From: Promethearchaeota archaeon
GTDB taxonomy: Archaea; Asgardarchaeota; Thorarchaeia; Thorarchaeales; Thorarchaeaceae
DNA length: 64,000 nucleotides
Direction of reading: 5' to 3'
NCBI GenBank assembly: GCA_048939765.1
Contig: JBHLPF010000005.1
Coordinates: forward strand, 1-64,000
This document shows, piece by piece, positions 57,233 through 64,000 of this stretch. Positions within the stretch are counted from its first letter, which is position 1. Each line of letters opens with the position of its first letter. Made by a program: the position numbers and the translations under genes. The notes under the pieces were generated by a model that was not told the origin of the DNA, did not search any database, and was given only the letters and a program-made list of their open reading frames with translations.

Positions 57233-58162
57233 ATGACTCAGACCGGACTAATAACAAACATCCAACGATGTTCAACCGAGGATGGACCAGGCATACGCAC
57301 GACTGTCTTCATGAAAGGTTGCCCTATGAGTTGCACTTGGTGCCACAATATCGAGACTATTGATTCTCATCCACGAACAGTCTGGTACTCTACAAAATGC
57401 ATCGGTGACAAGGCCTGCATCGAAGCCTGCCCCGAGGGTGCCCTTGCGCTTCTCGAAGAGGGCATGCGGATTGACCTGGAGAAATGTACGACATGTGGAA
57501 AATGTGAGGATGTCTGTCCAACGGGAGCCATTAAGGTCATGGGAAAAGAATGGGATTCGAAGGCTCTTGTTGAGGAGCTGCTTCGCGATCGAGTCTTCTT
57601 CACAACATCTGGCGGTGGAGTCACTCTCTCCGGAGGAGAGGCAACCTATCAGTCCGATTTCATGGTCGAGGTTGCTGAGGGCCTACGTGCCAAAGGAGTT
57701 CATGTCGCACTAGATACCTGTGGTTACTGCAGTGAGTCTGTTATCAAGAGAGCCTTGGCAGTAGTAAGCATGGTTCTCTACGATTTGAAGGTGATGGACG
57801 CCAAGAAGCATTTGGAATACACTGGAGTTCCGTTGGACCTAGTCTTGACGAATGCCAAGATTGTTGCTGAAAGCGGGTTGCCCGTTTGGATCAGGACGCC
57901 GATAATTCCCGGATATACGGACGAAGAAGAGAATATCAGGGCAATCTCACGATTTGTGGTCGATAATATGCCCAATGTTGAGAGATTCGACCTGCTAGCA
58001 TTCAACAAGATGTGCATCGACAAGTATGCTCTTTTTGGATTGGAGTATCCTCTCAAAGATAAAGATCTTATGACATCAGAGAGAATGGAGCATCTAGCCT
58101 CGATCGCTAGGGTGGAAGGCGTATCGAATGTTGTATGGTCTGGAATGACTAAAGTGAGTTGA
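57233..58162 (+). CDS. Glycyl-radical enzyme activating protein with ferredoxin insertion
   Basis: DGPGIRTTVFMKGCPMSCTWCHN, CTTCGKCEDVCP, GGVTLSGGE. Confidence 0.9.
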   Translation: MTQTGLITNIQRCSTEDGPGIRTTVFMKGCPMSCTWCHNIETIDSHPRTVWYSTKCIGDKACIEACPEGALALLEEGMRIDLEKCTTCGKCEDVCPTGAIKVMGKEWDSKALVEELLRDRVFFTTSGGGVTLSGGEATYQSDFMVEVAEGLRAKGVHVALDTCGYCSESVIKRALAVVSMVLYDLKVMDAKKHLEYTGVPLDLVLTNAKIVAESGLPVWIRTPIIPGYTDEEENIRAISRFVVDNMPNVERFDLLAFNKMCIDKYALFGLEYPLKDKDLMTSERMEHLASIARVEGVSNVVWSGMTKVS

Positions 58163-58250
58163 TTAACTTGCCTAGACATACTCCATGATAGGAAATGCCA
58201 CACCACAATCCTTTTTGTTCACATTATTCAGCAATTCGTTCGAGCCATCG

Positions 58251-58781
58251 ATGAGGACCTGGGAATATTCGACGAAGGACGGAGTCAGCTTAACAGTGCG
58301 CCATGCAGTACCGGCTGATGCCAGGAAACTTCACGCTGGATTTGATGAGGTCATCCAAGAGGGAATTTGGCTTCCAACATTCAATGCGAACAGCAACATT
58401 GCTGACTGGGTGAACTGGATTCAACGGACCAATCAATGTCGTGATGTGATGTTGGTTGCGGAGATTGATGATGAATACACGGGCCATCTCACGCTTCAGA
58501 CGGAGGAATGGATGGCATCCAGACATGTTGCCAAGCTGGGCATTATTGTAGCCAAGAAGGATAGAGGAAGGGGTATTGGCCGGGCTTTGATGAGAGCAGC
58601 TGAAAAGGCAGCCCTGGACTCTGGTTTTGAGAAGATTGTGCTCAGCACTTTTGAAGACAACGCTATCGCTAAATCATTATACCTGGCTATGGACTACCGC
58701 CAAGTCGGCATCAGGAAGCGTCATTTCAAGATGCCGAAGGGCTATATAGACGAAGTACTATTTGAAAAGCAACTAGTCTAA
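58251..58781 (+). CDS. GNAT family acetyltransferase
   Basis: RGRGIGRALM, N..AKSLY; start probably MRTWEY. Confidence 0.85.
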   Translation: MRTWEYSTKDGVSLTVRHAVPADARKLHAGFDEVIQEGIWLPTFNANSNIADWVNWIQRTNQCRDVMLVAEIDDEYTGHLTLQTEEWMASRHVAKLGIIVAKKDRGRGIGRALMRAAEKAALDSGFEKIVLSTFEDNAIAKSLYLAMDYRQVGIRKRHFKMPKGYIDEVLFEKQLV

Positions 58782-58796
58782 TGATTCAAGCATAGG

Positions 58797-59318
58797 GTGG
58801 TCACATGGATGTGGCGAGACATTGTAGAGTATTTTCATGAATCACCTCAAAGGTTGAAGGTGGCCCAGGCGATAGTTCGCCATGGTTTCCATATTGAACA
58901 GCCAGGTCTGGTACGCTGTGGTCCTATTCGTATTCCGTTGAAAGCGATTGGTGACGCACTTGGTATCGATAGGCGAACAGTCCGAGCAACCACGGAAGAC
59001 ATCTGTCAGAACGAACGACTCTGTGAATTCTTCAAACGTTTGCAGCCAGCGGGTCCTTCATTGGAGAAGGTACGCGAGGTTTTAGGTTATGGCGTATTGA
59101 CTATTTATGTAGACTCTCCAGAAAATGCAGGAATTCTTTCTGATGTGACATCAATAATAGCTGGATATGGCATTTCCATCCGTCAAGTTTTGGCTGAGGA
59201 CATTGAGATTTACGAACAACCTTGTTTGAAAGTCATTACTCATGAGCCTCTTCCAGGCAGGGTCATTGAAACACTCACTGCGATTAAGGGTGTGAATCGA
59301 GTCATAATTGAGAAGTAG
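58797..59318 (+). CDS. Archaeal ACT-domain regulator of amino-acid metabolism
   Basis: HTH (GIDRRTV) plus ACT domain (AGILSDV..GISIRQ). Confidence 0.8.
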   Translation: MVTWMWRDIVEYFHESPQRLKVAQAIVRHGFHIEQPGLVRCGPIRIPLKAIGDALGIDRRTVRATTEDICQNERLCEFFKRLQPAGPSLEKVREVLGYGVLTIYVDSPENAGILSDVTSIIAGYGISIRQVLAEDIEIYEQPCLKVITHEPLPGRVIETLTAIKGVNRVIIEK

Positions 59319-59366
59319 CAGAAACACCACTTAGGAACACTGAAAAGGCTGCACCAATGCCCCGCT

Positions 59367-60656
59367 TTGAGCGATTCTCACATGGATGACTTAAAGGGAC
59401 AACCAACAGTGGAGCATGCCTGGAGTCAAGATAGCGTACATGATCGGAGATCCGGGATGAACCAAGTCTGGATGTTGGCTCTGTCCCTGAGTATCCTCCA
59501 AGTGGGCTTCGGTATTGTGACACCAATTTTCCCATTCTATATCGTAGAATTGGGAGTTGGCGCGACGGAGCTTGGCGTGTTGGCGGCATCATTTGCGCTA
59601 ACAAGAATTCTCCTAGCAGGTCCGTTGGGAGGGCTGTCGGATAGAGTAGGAAGAAAGAGAGTCCTTCTTGCGGCTCTTGCTGGCTTCGCTGTTTCGAATG
59701 TAATCTATGCGCTAGCTAACGGCATCTTAGTGATGATTATCGCTAGAGCGCTGGAAGGCGGCATTTCTGCGGGATTCTATCCAGCGGCAAATGCATTCGT
59801 TTCGGACATGACAACACCTGAGAATAGGGGAACAGCCATGGGCTATCTTAGCATGGGCAATATGGTCGGATTCGTTGTGGGCCCATCACTCGGAGGGGTA
59901 TTGGCTGAATTCCTCGGTATCCGTCTTCCCTTTGTTGCTGCAGCCGCAGCCAGTCTTGTGACTCTCGCTGTAATGAACCACATTGTACGCGAGCCCGAAC
60001 ACCAAACTTTCCGCTCAGAGTTGGAAAGGCACAGAGTCCCCGTAAGAGAGGTTCTCTCAAAGAATGCAAAAGCATACTCTGCGCTTGGCGTCACAATGTT
60101 CTCCAACATGTTTGCCATTGGCATCCTTGAAGTCGCCTTCATGCTTGACGCTGTCCAGAGGTATGCCTTTACTCCCCTCGAGATAGGATCGTTCTTTGGC
60201 ATTCTTGGATTAATTGTCATAATTGGAAACCTCGGTTTTGGAAAAATATCGGATAGGATTGGCAGAAAATGGCTTATCACGACCGGGTCGGTAGTCGCCG
60301 CATTATCCCTTTACATGTTCATGAATGCAACAGGTACGATGGATTTCTACCTAGCAGGTGCAATTCTGGGAATTGCTGTTTCCATGAGAGGCCCTACAAC
60401 ACAGGCAATGATTGCTGATCTCTCGGATGTAAGAGCATATGGAAGCGTAATGGGTACGTTTGGTGCAATAAGCAACTCTGCATATGTCATTGGACCGATA
60501 TTGGGTGGTGTGATGTTCGATACTAGTGGTGATTCAATCAGTGCGCTAGGACTGACTGTGGTGGTGTCCATCAGTTCTGCGGCAGTAGCAGGAATTGGTC
60601 TACCCAGCTATCGGCCCGTGGAAGCGTCTTCCGAACTCGAAACAGTTGGCGATTAG
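59367..60656 (+). CDS. MFS transporter (DHA1-like)
   Basis: GGLSDRVGRK and GKISDRIGRK motif A; 12 TM pattern. Confidence 0.9.
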   Translation: MSDSHMDDLKGQPTVEHAWSQDSVHDRRSGMNQVWMLALSLSILQVGFGIVTPIFPFYIVELGVGATELGVLAASFALTRILLAGPLGGLSDRVGRKRVLLAALAGFAVSNVIYALANGILVMIIARALEGGISAGFYPAANAFVSDMTTPENRGTAMGYLSMGNMVGFVVGPSLGGVLAEFLGIRLPFVAAAAASLVTLAVMNHIVREPEHQTFRSELERHRVPVREVLSKNAKAYSALGVTMFSNMFAIGILEVAFMLDAVQRYAFTPLEIGSFFGILGLIVIIGNLGFGKISDRIGRKWLITTGSVVAALSLYMFMNATGTMDFYLAGAILGIAVSMRGPTTQAMIADLSDVRAYGSVMGTFGAISNSAYVIGPILGGVMFDTSGDSISALGLTVVVSISSAAVAGIGLPSYRPVEASSELETVGD

Positions 60657-61510
60657 ATAATCTCAGCTGAGACATATGCGACAACATCATTGTAGTTGCC
60701 AGTCATATCTCCAGAGTTGGCATATTTCAAGACTCCAAATCTGGTCGCGCCGCGCTCCTTTGCATATACCATTGCAGTGGCAATAGGACCGGCACCACAT
60801 ATGCTTACACGATGACCTCGTACAAAGTCGATGAAGCCCTTAGGATCTAAAAACTCCAAGTACTCCATAGCTTGATTGTCCTTCTTTTTGGCACTCTCTG
60901 CCGACTCGAAGTGAGTGAAATCTGAACTAGCAATCACTAGAATATCCATATCATCAGCTAGCGATGCAATTGTCTTCCCAATTGACTCACATAGTTCAAA
61001 GGTGGGCTCCCTGATACAAATCGGAACGATGCTAAAGTTCTCCTCAAACATGAATTGAAGAAATGGAAGCTGCACTTCGATTGAGTGCTCGCTACTATGT
61101 GCAACACAATCATATGATGCGTACTCATTTTCATCAACCATAGCCGAGCCCAACTCTGTGTCATACCGAACGACACCAAGCGGTGTTTCCCAGTCTTCGT
61201 TGCAGACTGCCGCGCGAGCCCCAACACCATAGTGATTAGGGCCAATGACCACAATATGGTCTGGCTTGCCATCTTCCCAAAGCCGCAGAAAGCTATGCGC
61301 AGCAGGCATTCCCGAGTACATATATCCTGCGTGGGGAGTGATGACTGCCTTCAGTTCTCGTGTTGTCCCTGGATCTCCTTCGGGGAGACGTCCGGGCCCA
61401 AGTCCCGTCAGAAAGGAGTTCCGAATTCTCTCTGTGAGAAGCTTCACCTCTCCTTCATAGAATCTACCTGCAACCACGGGCATACGAACCATATCAATCA
61501 CAGAGTACAT
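60653..61510 (-). CDS. amrB: AmmeMemoRadiSam system protein B (MEMO1 family)
   Basis: VAGRFY, PHAGYMYSG, GPNH, EHSIEVQLPFLQ, ASSDFTH, SICG. Confidence 0.92.
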   Translation of the reverse strand: MYSVIDMVRMPVVAGRFYEGEVKLLTERIRNSFLTGLGPGRLPEGDPGTTRELKAVITPHAGYMYSGMPAAHSFLRLWEDGKPDHIVVIGPNHYGVGARAAVCNEDWETPLGVVRYDTELGSAMVDENEYASYDCVAHSSEHSIEVQLPFLQFMFEENFSIVPICIREPTFELCESIGKTIASLADDMDILVIASSDFTHFESAESAKKKDNQAMEYLEFLDPKGFIDFVRGHRVSICGAGPIATAMVYAKERGATRFGVLKYANSGDMTGNYNDVVAYVSAEII

Positions 61511-61563
61511 TGGACATGGTGTGAGAAAAGCATTACCTTCGCAGGCTAACTTGCCTAAGTTGT

Positions 61564-62868
61564 CTAAAGACGGCCCTTGATTACCTGAATCAGGTCCTCA
61601 ATCTTCACTTGTGAGGTGTCCTTTGTCGTCATATCTCTTAGACTGACTTGGCCTTTTTGGAAATCTCGTTTGCCCACTATAACCACGAATCTAGCCTTCT
61701 TGGAGTCCGCCTGGTCAAACAGCTTCTTCAGAGGTCTGTCCATTATATCGCACGTTCCTGAGATTCCCTCTCTTGCAAGGTCCGCGAGAATTCTCATGCC
61801 ATGCTTCAACATAGGTTTCCTGATTGGAGCTACGTACACCTCAATCCCCTCATCCAATTTCTCACCAAAACCACGTGCCATGAGGATGTCAATTAAGCGA
61901 TCAATCCCCATAGAGATGCCTGTCGCAGGAGTGGGTTGTCCTCCGAATTGTTCGATAAGATTGTCATATCGGCCTCCTCCGCCGATTGACCCAACCCTAG
62001 GCTCTCCTAGATATGCAACTTCGAACACAGGTCCAGTGTAATAATCAAGTCCACGAGCCAAAGACATATCGAATTCTGTGAATTCTTCTGCTCCACTCTG
62101 AGCGAAGATCTCGGCCATGAGCTTGAGTTCATCGACACCAGCAACCCCAGTAGCGGATCCATCGAGTAGAGAACTGAATCTGTCGAGAGTTTCTAAACCC
62201 GGACCTCTAACCTGAATCGCATTTAGCAGGAAATCACTCTCTTCTATCCCAATTCCTCTATTCTTCAGTTCCTCTTGAACTCCTGCTCTGCCAATCTTGT
62301 CGAGCTTGTCAATTGCTCTGAAGCATTCGAATGCCAGGTCATCCGAAACTCCAGCTTTCTCCACCATGCCCTTGAGCACTTTTCGATTGTTGATTCTTAT
62401 GACATAGGAATCTCCAAGTACACGCCTCAGAAACTCTAGAGCAACAAGAACCACCTCGGCGTCGGCAGCCGGGCTGCTTGCGCCCACTATGTCGACATCT
62501 GCCTGGCTGAATTCTCGATATCGCCCTGGCTGGGGTCTATCATATCTCCATGCCTTGCCAATCGCATATCGCCTAAAGGGCTTTGGCAGATGCGGATTTG
62601 TTGCTGAGATACGTGCCAATGGAATTGTGAGATCGAAAATAAGTCCAACCTCTCGGTCGCCCTTGTCCTTGAATTTGAACGTTTCAGCCTCTATTTCTTC
62701 GCCGCCCTTCGCTGAGATTGTTTCCCAAAGTTCCATCACTGGAGAATCCAATGGTTCATAGCCAAAATACCTGAAGACCTCAATCGCAGTTGAAGTCAAA
62801 TACTCCCGTATTCTCATCTCAGGGCCCATCAGGTCCCTCATACCTCGTACTCGTCTCAACTCTGACAA
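61564..62868 (-). CDS. hisS: Histidine--tRNA ligase
   Basis: RGMRD, GRYREFSQ, LARGLDYYTG, GGGRYD; TTG start with GGAGG RBS. Confidence 0.96.
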   Translation of the reverse strand: MSELRRVRGMRDLMGPEMRIREYLTSTAIEVFRYFGYEPLDSPVMELWETISAKGGEEIEAETFKFKDKGDREVGLIFDLTIPLARISATNPHLPKPFRRYAIGKAWRYDRPQPGRYREFSQADVDIVGASSPAADAEVVLVALEFLRRVLGDSYVIRINNRKVLKGMVEKAGVSDDLAFECFRAIDKLDKIGRAGVQEELKNRGIGIEESDFLLNAIQVRGPGLETLDRFSSLLDGSATGVAGVDELKLMAEIFAQSGAEEFTEFDMSLARGLDYYTGPVFEVAYLGEPRVGSIGGGGRYDNLIEQFGGQPTPATGISMGIDRLIDILMARGFGEKLDEGIEVYVAPIRKPMLKHGMRILADLAREGISGTCDIMDRPLKKLFDQADSKKARFVVIVGKRDFQKGQVSLRDMTTKDTSQVKIEDLIQVIKGRL

Positions 62869-63024
62869 TTGAATGTCCTCCGTAAAATCCCCGCAGCGGC
62901 AACTTCTGAGCTGGCGAAATAGAGTCCACTAGAAAGGTCATCGTTGCAGATGAACTAAGCCACCAACATTCAATGTTGTCACCAAAGTCGAGTCTGAGGA
63001 GTTGGACTTTAAGTCTTGCGCTTC

Positions 63025-64000
63025 TCATGTTAGTGGAAGAATCCCGAAGACGAGAAGGAGAATGAAAATCACTACTCCAGCAGCCATTATCAATGAATCC
63101 CTAGCCACCATCTTGAGCAAGGTGGTTTCACGGTCTGAAGTATAGACATAGACCATCTTGTTCAGCACCGAGGTTGTGGTGGCAATTATCACCGCGTATA
63201 CGGCAGTAGAGATTGACATGGTTGCGCCAGCAAATCCAATTCCAACTATTGCAACGATTGCTCCAGCTGAGGCAAAACCTCCAATGAATGCTGCCACGAG
63301 AACTCCAAAATCGGCATAGACATTTTGCAGGAACAGCGACAAGATTGACACGCCTGCAAAAACAAGAGCAAATCGAATGGCCGCTCCAAACTCAAAGGGA
63401 GACGCTAATGCGCCTTCAAGTAGGTCATCTTCAACTTCCTTGGTCTTCTTACTCACCCTAAGCATTCGATAGATTCCAACAAGGAGTAGAATTGCCAAGG
63501 GGATTGTGTAGTGTATGAAAATCTGAAGCGATGGATCTAGTATGATAAGAATAACTCCATTTCTTAGGACCATCGCCACATTGGCAAGTATCGCTCCTGC
63601 GGCAGTCCTATTCGGAAAAGCCCGCCCAGTACGAACATGGAAATCTGTTAGGCTCGAAACAGTCGCTTCGCTGTTGGCGAATCCTCCAAAAAAGCCAAAG
63701 AAGTAAGGACCCCTTCCTTTGAACTTCTTGATCAAGAGGTAGTTTACAAAGCTGATACTCAAGAGAAGAATCGCGAGTTGATAGATTTGGAATGCGGGAA
63801 CAGTAATTGCCCACAGCTGGACGGTCTGAGGCATCAGCGGCCATAGAAACAATATCAGTACTCCAAGCTCTGCCGCACTGATCATTTCTTCTCGAGTGAT
63901 GACCTCCACAGCTGCTCTGAATTCCTGTTTAAAGCCCAGCACCAGGAATACAAGAAATGACACAGTCATCGCAAACACCTGCAAAGGTCCAATCAGCTGT
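63025..64000 (-). CDS. DUF4010/MgtC-SapB-like membrane protein (5' end outside window)
   Basis: Multi-TM; FGGFANSEAT, SPFEF..A..FA pattern. Confidence 0.7.
   Translation of the reverse strand, partial: QLIGPLQVFAMTVSFLVFLVLGFKQEFRAAVEVITREEMISAAELGVLILFLWPLMPQTVQLWAITVPAFQIYQLAILLLSISFVNYLLIKKFKGRGPYFFGFFGGFANSEATVSSLTDFHVRTGRAFPNRTAAGAILANVAMVLRNGVILIILDPSLQIFIHYTIPLAILLLVGIYRMLRVSKKTKEVEDDLLEGALASPFEFGAAIRFALVFAGVSILSLFLQNVYADFGVLVAAFIGGFASAGAIVAIVGIGFAGATMSISTAVYAVIIATTTSVLNKMVYVYTSDRETTLLKMVARDSLIMAAGVVIFILLLVFGILPLT

Noticed and set aside
27126-61510. amrS and amrB as a novel system
   Set aside because: This is the known AmmeMemoRadiSam system; the genes are 32 kb apart and amrA is not in the window.
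62890-62965. tRNA-His-like element in the hisS leader (GGTGGCTTAGTTCA...TAGTGGA on the minus strand)
   Set aside because: No anticodon stem or T-arm (GTTCRA) could be formed; the resemblance is superficial.

Overview
Gene-dense archaeal chromosome segment, very probably from an Asgard archaeon (Thorarchaeia-like). It encodes a gelsolin-domain protein, two roadblock proteins, two longin-domain proteins, Cdc48, split Alg14/Alg13 genes and a ThiR-type regulator. Layout: (i) 1-22,000 is a glycosylation island with a legionaminic-acid-type nonulosonate pathway, an acetamidino module, glycosyltransferases and a sulfotransferase. It is bracketed by a duplicated, reciprocally decayed sulfotransferase/GT4 gene pair. 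(ii) 22,000-48,000 is rich in eukaryotic-signature-like and unknown genes. These include a tandem longin + double winged-helix pair resembling GATOR1 NPRL2/NPRL3, a roadblock gene coupled to a NifB-like radical SAM gene, two coiled-coil/wHTH proteins, and an AN1-zinc-finger M50 protease divergent from hsp20-cdc48-GH38 mannosidase. The hsp20 leader has RNA-thermometer-like hairpins. There is also a cluster of polyproline membrane, gelsolin-like, SNAP-like and roadblock genes. (iii) 48,000-64,000 holds housekeeping and transport genes: a thiamine ABC transporter with ThiR and a candidate operator, an Ig-repeat surface glycoprotein, a glycyl-radical activase, an MFS transporter, MEMO1 and hisS. 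No rRNA, tRNA, CRISPR array or transposase was recognised. All calls are by eye from motifs; no database searches were run.
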